Shown here in pieces: positions 36,556-48,499 of a DNA stretch of 56,280 nucleotides (its first letter is position 1; each line of letters opens with the position of its first letter). The stretch covers positions 1-56,280 of the forward strand of contig JABLTG010000134.1 of assembly GCA_016618085.1 (NCBI GenBank). Direction: 5' to 3'. This DNA is from Neovahlkampfia damariscottae. Taxonomy: Eukaryota. Both the position numbers and the translations under genes were made by a program. Under the pieces are notes generated by a model that made no database searches, was not told where the DNA came from, and saw only the letters and a list, made by a program, of their open reading frames with translations.

Positions 36556-38036
36556 TCAATCATTTTTTCTATTCCAATATCTTTGAACAATTTGAAAATT
36601 TTGAGGTGACGTTTTTTGATTCAATTTATTTCTTTGAAATAGTCCAACTTTTTTTGAAAGATTAAACAACGTGAGGAATATAACTCCACTTCCAATAATG
36701 CAAACTGTTGTTACGTAATAAACTATTTGAAAAACAAAATTTAAAAAAAAAAAACATACACATAGAATCATGACTTTCTAAATGTGATATCAAATTCATT
36801 CCAAAAATACCAGCAACAAAAGTTCCAATTGAAATCGCCAAAGCTCCTAAAAAAGTTGAATTCAATATTCAATTATTTACCCATGGACATTGTAATTTCA
36901 AATTGCATCATTCTATTACGAACACTATCAAGAGTGATGTTCAAAAAGTCTTGTGTTGATTTTATACTTGAAATTAATTCTTTAGTACGATTTAAACAAT
37001 CTTCAAATTGAGAATAGAATGTCTCTAATAACATTTCAACTTCATCATGACTGTCTATTTTTCTTGGTTTTCCAAGTGAGAAATCAGTCAAATACATTTG
37101 GGCCATATCTTCATCTGATTGTAAAATATTTCCTGTTGCTGTGTATAATTCAGTTACAAAAGTGACTAATCTTTGTAATCTATATGAAAAAAATTTAAAA
37201 GACTCTAAAACTGTACTTGTTTTTAATTTGAAGTAATTCATGAAGTTTTTGCTCATCAAAACCTAATTCCGAATCAGAAGCAATCTTTCTAACTTGTTGA
37301 AAGTACCTTGCATAATCAGATTCAATTCCTTCATACTTTAAAAAAAAATAAATTTAAAACGTAAACTTACCACTCTGTCAAGCATAATTTCCAAAACAAA
37401 AAATTCAAAAGGTGTTTGAGTATCTGAAAAATTGGAATACTCATGTTTATGTTTGATAGCATTTTGAATTTGTAAAACGAATTCACTATTCAAAACTTCA
37501 TTTTTCATTCTTAAAAGATAACATTGTTTTTCAGTGATAATAGCATGTGTATCCTTTGAAAATTAAATAAAAAAAACTATACATTAACGTCAACAAGAAT
37601 TGCTTTTTCTCTTGAAAGTATTGTTGGATAATTGAGGTTACTAACCAAAATTCTAACATCTCTTCCTGATAAATTAAACCTTGAATGAAGTTCAGATCTT
37701 GGTATCTCTTTTTTAAAAAAATTGAAAAAAATAATTATTCAAACCAATAAATGAAACATTTCCTTCTGTGTCAAATTCAACTTTTTTTTTTGTTTATTTT
37801 TTTAATTTACCTGCAGACCAAGTCATTACTGTACTTGATTGACCTGTAAAAGATGGTAATGTATGATGAAATACTTCATCTCTTTCTAAATAAAATTTTT
37901 TCGTTTTTTCAGGTATTTTTTGAATAACAGGTTGCTGTTTTAATTGATATACAGATTTTGAAAATAATCTTATTCTTGTGTGTTGAATTAAAAATTTTTT
38001 TTTTTCCTTCAACAAATATTTTAACGAATTATTCAT
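36556..38036 (-). CDS. MRS2: MRS2/CorA-family mitochondrial Mg2+ transporter
   Basis: GRDVRIL, PFEFFVLE, DEDMAQMYLT, EVEMLLETF, LDSVRNRMM, AGIFGMNL. Multiple short introns. Confidence 0.9.
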
Positions 38037-38201
38037 TCAACGTTGATTGGTTAAAAGGGTCCAAATTTTTTATGATGAAACAAGATGTTCCACCAAGGAC
38101 ATCAATTTCAGAAGATAAATTACTTTTACACCGAAATAAAAGAGTAAATTAATAAAACATCACTAAAAACTTGATAGAAAACAAGAAAAGAAGAAAAAAA
38201 A

Positions 38202-40680
38202 ATGAAAAAAAAAGCAAAACCAGATTTAAAAAGTATAGCAGATGATTTGCTTTATGGAACTTCAAAAAGTGAATTAAATGATTTTGATTCAAGTGGAGAT
38301 GACAGAGATGATGATTTTGATATTTATAAAGTTAAAGACTTGCTAGATTTTGCTCCAGAAAAAAAAAGAAAAAAACTCTCAGAAGAAAAGAAACATGCAG
38401 AAGTATTCAAAGAAAAAAAGAAACCAATTCAAATGAAAGATTTAATTTCTTCAATTGACCAACAAGAGGCAAAAGTTTTAGGCGGAGATGAATTTTCAAA
38501 CTTGAAAGAAAATTTGAAATCATTATCAAAAATTGAAAAAGAGAAACAAAGAGGAGAAATATTTGAAGTTGTAGATGATCATATTTTACAAAAGAATGAA
38601 AAACGATCAGCTTTTGATTTGGTTGATGAAAAAATGTTGAAATGGAAACCAATTGTTGATCATGTAACTGAGAGTAAAAGAGTGCCAATTTTTTATCAAG
38701 AAAATGAAGAAAGAAAAGAAAAGTATCATCAAGCTGGTGATTTGTCAAAGAAAGATGATTTTGATGTTTCTCTTGATGCTTCAGTTGATAAAAAACCAAG
38801 TTATAAAAGATTAACTGTTAAAGAAATGAAAGACCCATTAAAAATAACAAAAGAAGAAGTTATTAAAAGAAGTAAAGAAATTGCTCAACATAGAAGGTTA
38901 ATGCTCTCACAACAAGTTAAATTAGCTAGAATTAAAAGAATCAAAAGTAAAGCGTAAGTTGAAGGAAAAATGAATTAAAAATATTTGTTTAGTTACAGAA
39001 AAAGAGCAAAAAAAGAACTTGAAAAACATGAAGAAATTCAAGAAGAAATTGGTAACTTAGATCCAGAAGAAGCAGCTAGAAAATTACTTCAACAAGAAAA
39101 AGCATTTTTAAGAGAACGTGCGACAATGAGACATAAAAATAGTTCAAAATGGGTCAGAAAAGCGATGAAAAGAAGAGATCAAGATCCAGAAGTAAAAACA
39201 AACAAAAATTGTTTAAATTTTTTAGATTCAAAAATCTGTTTCAGAACAAGCTAGATTGGCAAGAGATTTATTAAGAAAACAAACACAAACAAATTCAGAA
39301 TCAGAAGATAGTGATGAAGATGAACTTGTTGATGAATTATTGGAAAATGGAGAAGAAACTATTGAAAAGTTAAGAAAAGATCTTAATGAATCAGATGAAG
39401 AAAATAAAGATGAAAAAGGATTATTTCAAATGCAATTCATGAAAAATGCAGAAAGAAAAAAACTAGATAGACATCAACAATTATTGGATGAATTACAAGA
39501 AGAATTTATTGAAGAAAAAAAAGATGAAACAGGAAGAAGATCATTTAAAGCAAAAGCAGGTTTAGAAGAATTTCCAGAATCAAGCTCAGAAGAAGAACAA
39601 GAAGAAAAACAAGTGGAAAAAGAAAAAAAATTAATTAAAGTACAACAACCAACAAAAAAAAGAAAACAAGAAATTGATACAGAAAATCCGTGGTTAGAAA
39701 GAATTGAAGAAAATGAAAATAGAAAAACAAAATATCAAAAAAGAGCTGATGAAGATGTTGAATCAGAAGTAAAAGTAAATTTAAAAGAAAGTGATGATGA
39801 ATCAGAATCAAGTGATGATGAAAATGAATCAGAAAATGAAGATGATGTTTTTAATAAGAAAATTAAAAAAGAAGCATTTGCAGGTGATGATCTCGAATTA
39901 GAATTTAAACTTGCAAAACAAAAAGCAATTGATGAAGAAATTAATTTACCAGGATTAGATTCAAAAGTACAACCAGGTTGGGGTTCATGGACAGGAAAAG
40001 GAGTAAAACAAAAATTAATTTTTTTTTTTTAACAATTTCACACAGACAAATTCAGAAGTCAAAATGAAAAGAATTGAAAAAAAAATTCATCAAGTGAAAG
40101 AAGAATTAAGAGATAATAAAAAGAAAGAAAGAAAAGATACAAAGATATCAAATGTCATAATTAGATCAACTGCAGCTGTTCCAAGTCAATATTTGGCAGA
40201 CACAAAAGATTTTAAATTTGATTATGAAAAAAGAATACATGATAATCAAATTGCTCATCCTTTAGGTTTAGAATGGAATACAGTAAAAACAAAAAACAAA
40301 ATTCATTATTTTTTTATTAGTACATGGGTCATAAATCAATGAATGAACCAAGAATTGAAACTAAAAAAGGAAAGATTATCAAACCAATTGACTATAAATC
40401 AGCTTCTTCAATGTTAGAATTTAGAGAAGATAAAAAAAAAGTTAAAGCTCAAAAGAAAGGTGTTGTATTTAGAGACAATCAAATTAGTGATCAATTAAAA
40501 GCTAGTGAAGATGAATTTAAACAAATAAAGAGTGAACGTGAAGCAAAACGATCAAAAGATGATTTGTTATCATCAAAAACATTAAGAGATCATGTTGAAA
40601 AAGAAAGAAGAGAACATATTGTAACAATGGATTCCGCAGGTGAATCTGTTCGTTTGGAAAAGAAAAAATATAAAAAGTAA
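38202..40680 (+). CDS. UTP14: U3 snoRNP-associated protein UTP14
   Basis: RIKRIKSKAYRK, ERATMRHKNSSKW, LFQMQFMK, AFAGDD, PGWGSW, PLGLEWN, GKIIKPI over 5 exons. Confidence 0.9.
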
Positions 40681-40700
40681 AAAAGTTTTATTTTTTTTAT

Positions 40701-41048
40701 TTACAATTCTATACCTGTTGATTCTTCTAATACTTCAAAATCTAGTAGTTTCTGATGTTCATTGGAAAGCAATTTTGTTAATTTTTGAATTTCTTTTCTT
40801 TTTTTTTCAATGACAATTATATTTTCTTTTATGGCATCTGAAAAATCTTTATCTTTTAATTCTGGATCAAATTCTTTCATTTCAAAGTTGGAGCGTTGCA
40901 AATGTTTTATTGAATTTTGAATTTTTTTTATGTCTTCAATTATAAAATTTGGATCATCATTGAAATCATCAATGAACACTTTTTTGATTTCTTTATCTTT
41001 TTTTTCACTGATTTCTTCAAGTTGTTTTAAATTCTCCGTGTCTTCCAT
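40701..41048 (-). CDS. Small coiled-coil hypothetical protein
   Basis: ORF from ATG 41048; IQNSIKHLQRSN...DAIKEN helix pattern. Confidence 0.55.
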   Translation of the reverse strand: MEDTENLKQLEEISEKKDKEIKKVFIDDFNDDPNFIIEDIKKIQNSIKHLQRSNFEMKEFDPELKDKDFSDAIKENIIVIEKKRKEIQKLTKLLSNEHQKLLDFEVLEESTGIEL

Positions 41049-41256
41049 TACAATTCTGACCAATAAAAAAATTTCTTCCTTTTTTGTCGAAAAAATTAGA
41101 ATTTTTGGGCAAGACTGAAAATGTTTAATATGAATGGTGGCAACTAAAAATGTTCTATTTTTTCCACATCTATCAAAAATCAATCAATTCAGAGATACTC
41201 AGATATTTAAACTGGATTAAACCAATCATTTTTTTAGAATCATAAATATCTTTTAA

Positions 41257-41769
41257 ATGAACAAGGACAAGAAAATTTTGACACTCGAACCAGTAGTCCA
41301 AATTAATACCACAACACAATTCATAAGACCAACTTTTCCACCTTTTCTACCACTAGTATCCAATTCTAGAAAAAAAGAAACGCCATCCTTGAATCTAATT
41401 ATTCAGAAAGAACTTTTGAATTCAAAGTTGAATCTAAATTCACCATATCCTCAAAATGTAGAAAAGCCAACGAAAAAACAGGAACAACAACAACGAATAA
41501 ATTGTAAACAACATTTTTTCTTTGCATAACATTTATCAGTTGGAGCTTGGACAGATCTAGAACATGATAATTTTCTGAGAGGAATGAAAGAATTAGGAAG
41601 GAAATGGACACGTATTTCGAGAGAGTATGTCAAGACAAGAGACCAGTCTCAAGTAATAAGTCATGCTCAAAAGTAAGTTACTTTCATTTTATTAAGTTTT
41701 TCTTGAAGATATGAACAGAAATTACAACGACATGAAAGAAGAAAATTGAGAAAACAAAATCAAGATTGA
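41257..41769 (+). CDS. SHAQKY-class single-MYB transcription factor
   Basis: After introns 41504-41539 and about 41673-41708 it reads FGAWTDLEHDNFLRGMKELGRKWTRISREYVKTRDQSQVISHAQKY. Confidence 0.85.
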
Positions 41770-42265
41770 ATTTAACGAGAAGAAATTTTTTGGTTCAAAA
41801 TCATAGGCAGAAGTCAATGATGTACAAATATAACTTAAAATTTCTGCCATTTAATGCCAATTCTATGCAATACAAATTCAATTTAAATTTGAAATGTATT
41901 GAATTCCAATAAAATTTCTTCAATATCTGCCAATCTCTTTTTGTTTCATTCTTCTTTCGATGATTGCTCAATTTTTTCCAGTGACACTAAATTATATGTG
42001 TGAAAAAAACTTGTTTTTTTATTGTATTTTTGTTCCATTTTGTTCTGCATCTGTGTAATTATCCGGAAATTTTCCGGTATCCAAAATTGGTAAGTTTTCA
42101 ATGAGGAAAAATTTCCTACCTGACCGTTTTTGTCTTGAAACTGATTTTTTGGTTCAAATTTTTTTAGTAAACTGAGTAAATCTCAATTTACTCTTTGATT
42201 GTTGAGTTGTCTTCAACTTTTAACTACACATAGAAATGATTGGCCAAAAAAAAAACCACTTAAAA

Positions 42266-45200
42266 ATGGCTGGAGACAAAAAATTCGTCAAAGAAAATTT
42301 AAAAAATGCCAAAGAGTGTATTGACAAAAAAGAATACAAAGAAGGTTTAAAATTTTGCAAGAAAGTCATTTCAGAAGACAAAAAAAATTATTATGCATTC
42401 GTCTTTGTTGGGTTTTGTTATAAAAATTTAGAACAATATGAAAATTCTGAACAAGCATATTTAAAAGCAATTTCCTTTGAAGAAAAGTCAAAAGAAGCCT
42501 GGTTAGGTCTAATTGAACTTTACAATGAAAACTTCAAAGAAGGAACAACAGAAAAATTGACTGAAGCATATTTAAAAATGATTGACTATTACAAAGAGTT
42601 AGAAAATAAAAAGACTAATTATACATAGCTCAAAATCATCAAAAAAATATTTTGAAATGATTCAAGGATGTTTGTTAGTGATGAACGACTCACTAAAAGT
42701 AAAAAAAAAAAAAAAAATTAATCGTTTATCAGAAAGTTGAATTGAATTTAGAATTATTACAAAAATGTGAAACAGAAGGTGAAAAGTATTTCATTTTTAA
42801 AAGAAACATTGATATTATTGAAAACTTTCAAATTCATAATTCTCAAATTTTTGCAGAGGAACAAGTCAAAAAATTGATTGAAAAATTAAGACAAGAAGAT
42901 GTTGAAAAAATGACAAAAAAATTACCAAGAGGAAGTAAAATTCCTAAAAAAGAAGATTCTGAATTACTAGATGAAGTGAAAAGAGAAGAACAAATGAAAA
43001 TATTTAGACAAGAATTTCAAGAAAAATTAATTCTCTCAAAAGATGGTTTTATAGTAAATAAAAAAGAAATTAAAAAATTTAGTTGGATAAAGCAATTGAA
43101 AAAGTTTTGGAATTTAAAGATTTTTTTAGTGCTGATATTTATAAAAAGTATATTCAAAGAATGATAAAAAGACATTTGAATAATTTTAATGAAATAACAA
43201 AAAAAGATTTAGTTGAACATTGTTTAGAGTTGATTAAATCACATGGAAATTCATTATTCGCTTTAAAAGAATTATTGTTATTTTCAGAAGAAGATGATGA
43301 TCTTTTGAGTGATGGAATGATTGAAAAATTGAAAAACAAAATCATTCATGGTCATCCTAGTTATGGAATAAGTAATATTTTGTTAAGTGAAAAATTATTT
43401 CAATTTCAATTATCTGATTTTGATATTATTGAAACTTTATTAGAAACTGGATTAAAAAAATCACCATTCAAAATATCTGGTTGGATTACTAATATCAAAT
43501 TATCAATCAAAAGAGAAAAATTTAAAAAAGCATTAAATTTGATTCAAAAAACAAATGAAATGATAATTGAACGTGAAACTACTTTAAAGTCAAAATTAGA
43601 AAAGTAAGCTCTTACAGGATTAAAAAAAAGATTTAAACTTGAATTAAAAGTACTCAATGGGCTTACTCTTTTGAAAATGGAGAAATTAAATGAATCTGAA
43701 AAGATTTTTAAAGATGCTTTGAAAATTGATAAAGAAGAAATAATTGCTTTAAAATCTTTGGGTGAAATTGAATTTTTAAGAAATAATTTCAACTTGTCAA
43801 AGGATTATTTGAACAAAGTTATTTCAATTAAATCTGATGAAGACGAGGCATATTCAATGCTAGGATGGATTTTTTATATTGAAAAAGATTTTTCATCTGC
43901 TTTAGAACAACTAAAAATGGCTTTGAAATATAATAATACTGAGTATTTATATCATTATAGAATTGGTAGAATTTATTGGGAATTAGATGAAAAATATCAG
44001 TCGGATAAGAATTATTGTCAAAATCATTGGTTGATTTCTGCAAAATTGAATTCAAACTTTCCTTCAAATTTTGTTCAATTAGGTAATTATTATGAAAAAA
44101 TCAATGATCATAAACGTGCAATTCAGTGTTACAAAAAAGCAATTTCATTAAATTCAATGGAAGAGGAACCTGGTAAAATAGTTGGAAATGAATATGAAAG
44201 ATTAGGTGAATATGAAACTGCTATAAATCTTTATAAACAAATCACAAAAAAGAATATTCATGCAACTTGGGCATGGAAACGTTTAGCTTTTGCATATCTC
44301 TATAAAAATAATTTTGATGATTCTTTAACAGCATTTCTTTCAATTATTAGAGAAGATCCAACAGATGCAAAATGCTGGGAAGGATTAGGGTATGTTTATG
44401 AAAAACAAGGAAAATATCTTGCCTCATTAAAAGCATTCAATCGTGCTATTGAATTAGATTCATCTTTAATTCATTCAGAAACTGAAATTTGCAATATTCA
44501 AAGAATTCTTGGAAATTTTTCGGAATCAAAATATCAATATGAACAATTGATTTTAAAAAATCCAGAAAATTTAATGGCTTATAAAGGTCTTTCAGATACT
44601 CTTTTTGAAGTTTCAAAAAATTATTTTCGTGATGGAGTTTTTGTTAAATGTGCATTAGAACTTTTAAAATCAAATTCTTTATTACAAATTTGTTCAAAAA
44701 AAATACCAAATTTTGAAATTATTTGGAAATGTTTAGGAGATGTGAATTCATATTTTTATATGGTTCCAGAAAAAGCTGTTAGAGAAGCATTGAAAATATT
44801 CAATTCTTCAAATGAATTAAAATCATTTTATCTTTTTGAAGATTTAAAATTATACTCAAATAGAATTGATTTCATTAAAGAAGGATCAAAAAATTATCAG
44901 AAATATTTACAATTGAATCCAAATAATTCAAATACTTGGTATGATCTTGGAATCAATACTTCTTATCAATATTTATTGAACAAATCAAATGGAAATTTAG
45001 AAACTGATTTATTGAACGTGGCATCTGATTTATTCAAGAAATCAATTTATATCAATCCAAATGAATCTAAATATTGGAATGGTCTTGGATTTACTCAAGA
45101 AGATCCAAAAGTCAAACAACATTGTTTTATCAGATCTATTGAAAAAGATCCAAGAGTAACCTTTGAATTTTCATTAACATCTTCAAAGAATCATAGTGGT

Positions 45201-47570
45201 TGGAATAATTTGGGAATTCTTTATCTTCAATTTAAAGAATATGATCTTGCAAAAGAATGTTTTATCAATTCTCAAAATTTGAATCCCTCAAGTATCATTT
45301 CATGGATTGGATTGGGTGTCATTAATGAAAATGTTAAAAGTTCTGAGGGTCTTGAGAAAGCAGCAGCTGCATTTTATCATGCTCAACAAATTGGAACATT
45401 TTCAGTAAGATTAAATTTATTTATCTTTTTTAGTTGCTTACTGAATTGGGTGTTGGTTATACTTCATATATGACCAACGATTCATTAAAATCTATTCATT
45501 CTTTAACTAAATATCTTCAATTTGCAGAAAAAGATTTCTCTGCTTGGAATTTATTAGGTTTAGTTCTTGAACAACAAAAAAAATATGAAAAAGCTGCATT
45601 TGCATTTAAAAAATGTGTTGAATACCTTTCACCTCATGAATCAGATTTCTCTTTAACACAATCAGGTTATGTTTCAAACTCAAATACAATCACTGATTCA
45701 AAACAATCATTGAGTGATTTTCATAAATTGGCAAATATCAATCTTGCAAGATGTTATTTCAAAGCAAAGAAATTTGAAGAATCTTATAATGTCTACTTAA
45801 AGTGTGTTAGATTTGCCTCAAAAGATATTGGTGTTCTTCATTATTTTTCATTGGTTTGTTTTGAATTGAAAAAATTTGATGAATCAATTTCTCATTTGAA
45901 AGAATCATTAGAAATTTCACCAAATGATGAAGATAAAGCTATATTATTCAATTTACTTGGAATTATTTATTTCAAAATTGATAATTCAAATCAAGCAATG
46001 AAATATCTTCAACAATGGTAATTGAATGATTCTAATTTTAATTTTTTCAACAGTATTGAAGAATTTCCTTCCTTTACCAATGCATATTTAACATTGGCTT
46101 CAATTTTGATATTTCAAAATAAATCATCAGAAGGGTTGAAAATTTTGAATCAATTGAATTCAAATTCACCACAAAATTATACCATTGAATCATTTAAATT
46201 AGAAAGTGATATTCATTTGATGAACGTAAGATTTTTATCTCTTCATTCATGGTTTTAGAAACATCCAATCAAAGCAAGAAATACCATTTTAAGAGCAATT
46301 CATCTTTATCCAATGGAATCCATTTTATGGGATTACTTAGCAGAGATTTCAATTTTCACAAAAATATATTCCAAATATAATATATTCACTAATTCAAATC
46401 CAATGACATTTTTTAGTATCTGTCAACAAATTGAGAATGAATCCATCTCAGAAATGAGTGAATCATTTTCATCAAAACAATATTTTATTAGAAGATTATT
46501 AAATATTGCATTCATTTATTATACAATTGGATTCATTCCATATTCATCAACTTCAGAAAAAGCAATCAAAAACTCACTTTCATTAACTCAAAAGATATTA
46601 ATGTTTGATCCTGAAAATGAAAATGCAAAAAAATTCATTCCGATTTGTCTACATGCAAAAGCTAATATTACTCAACAAACAAATCATTATTTCATTTCTT
46701 CTTTATTTTTAAAGGATTTAGTGGAAAAAAAAGAAAAAAATGAAAAATTGGAATTTGCATATTGTGAAGATTTAATTGGTTCTCAACAATTCGCTGAATG
46801 TATGAAATTTGTGAAATCAAAATTATCCGAAAAAGTTTTGGAACCAAATTATGAATCAAATATGATGTTGATATTATCAAATTGTTTATATTCAAAAAAT
46901 GATGATAAATTCTTTAAATTTTTTGAAAATTCATTGAAAAAAGATGAAAAAAATTTCAAAGTTTTGAATGTAAGAAATTTGTTTGTTTATTAATTTTTAG
47001 AATTTGGGAGATATTTGTATTCGAGAAAATCGTTTAGAAGCAGCAGAAACTTGTTTTTTAAAATCAGAAGAAATTTTATCTAAACAAACTAAAGATGTTT
47101 TTGAAAGAGAATCAAATCTTTTTAATGTTTATGGAAACTTAGGTTTAATTTATTTTAAACTCAAAAATTATCCAAAATCGTTAAAATACAACCAATCAGC
47201 ACTTAAGATAAATCCAGAATCTCCTGGAATTTTATTAATTCAAGGAAAATCATTATTTGAAAATAATGACTTTAAAACATCAAAAACAGTTTTTGAAAAA
47301 TGTTTAAAATATTTACCAAAACAATTATTAACTTCTATTTCAATTTATAAAATTCATTATAAATTAGAATCATGGGAAGATGCTGAAAATGATCTTTGGT
47401 TTGAAAAATCAAATTTACCTGGTGATTCTTTTGTTTTATATAATTTAGCTGTTTTTGCTTTTGAAAGTGGTATGCCAAAACCTGCATATAAATGTATTCA
47501 ACAAGCAATTCATTTAGATCCAACTAGAAAGGAATACTGGAACTTTTTAAAAAAAAATAAATTCAAATAA
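42266..47570 (+). CDS. SKI3: SKI3/TTC37 superkiller complex TPR protein
   Basis: N-terminal LKNAKECI..KEY...NYYAFVFVG, CWEGLG..Y...GKY.ASLKAF.RA, KQHCFIRSI, WNNLG, WIGLG. About 1600 aa of TPRs across many short introns. Confidence 0.85.
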
Positions 47571-47599
47571 AAAAATGAAATCTCTGAAAATGATTTTTT

Positions 47600-47978
47600 T
47601 TATTCTTTTGGTAATTTTCCGGAAACTAAAAAAAAAAGTTTAAAATTATTTTAAAACATACCTATTACAGGAGCTGATGTATTTGAAAAAAATAGACCTT
47701 TGGTGTATTGCATCACTTCAAGTGCTCTTTTGAGGTTTTTTAATTTTTAAAGATGTTATTTACTTTTTTTGATCATAGCTTTTCCATTTTTTTCTACACT
47801 CTAAATATTTTTCTTTTTCTTCAAGACAAACATTTTCATCTTGTACTAATGCTTTTCTTTCACATGATAAATAAACAGCCAATAGTCCTTCACATTCCAT
47901 GTCTTCTTGATACAGTAAAACTTTTTTATACAAATTTTCTTCTTTTAACATTTCTTTTGTTTCTTTATTCTCTTCCAT
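47600..47978 (-). CDS. Small twin-CX9C (CHCH) protein, probably mitochondrial intermembrane space
   Basis: CEGLLAVYLSC...CLEEKEKYLEC. Two inferred short introns extend it to a stop at 47600. Confidence 0.6.
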
Positions 47979-48000
47979 TTTCTTCTTCAAAATTTGTAAA

Positions 48001-48492
48001 ATGAACCAATTAAATTCAATAAAGATTCAACCATCAAAAATGCAACAAGTTGAAGAGAATTTTCTTCCACCAGAAGACTCAAAAATTGGAAAACTTTTAA
48101 GGAAAAAAATGGAAGAATTAGCATTGGAACAAACAGAAAAAGTAGAAGAAGATGTTGATGAAGAGAATTTTGTGAATTATGAAAATTTATTTTTTCGAAA
48201 TTATAAACCAAGAAGTAAAATATTAGAAAAGAGATGTATGAAAGAAGTTTTAAATGAAAATTCAACAGAAAATTTAATTCAAGAGGTTTTAGGAAATTTA
48301 TTTGAAGAAGTAAAAGAAAACAAAGAAATACAATTGGTTCCTACAAAACTAAATTATGATTTGAAAAGAGATTTATCAAAAAAATTAAAAATTTTAAATC
48401 AAAGAACACAAAAAGTTATCAATGAAATAAGAGAAGAAAAAATGCAAGAAGAAGATTCTGATTCGTCAGAATATGAAACAGATTCAGAATAA
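48001..48492 (+). CDS. CCDC12: Spliceosomal CCDC12/Cwf18-like protein
   Basis: FRNYKP and LVPTKLNYDLKRDL.KKL..L..RT motifs. The true start may be a downstream ATG (48040 or 48109). Confidence 0.75.
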   Translation: MNQLNSIKIQPSKMQQVEENFLPPEDSKIGKLLRKKMEELALEQTEKVEEDVDEENFVNYENLFFRNYKPRSKILEKRCMKEVLNENSTENLIQEVLGNLFEEVKENKEIQLVPTKLNYDLKRDLSKKLKILNQRTQKVINEIREEKMQEEDSDSSEYETDSE

Positions 48493-48499
48493 AAAAATT

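Noticed and set aside
36556..47570. Fragmented ORFs as frameshifted pseudogenes or an alternative genetic code
   Set aside because: The breaks examined coincide with short GT-AG introns that restore the frame under the standard code.
12670..48492. Apparent cluster of RNA-metabolism genes (NOG2, UPF1, MTO1, UTP14, SKI3, CCDC12)
   Set aside because: They are interspersed with unrelated genes and act in different compartments, which is compatible with chance in a gene-dense genome.
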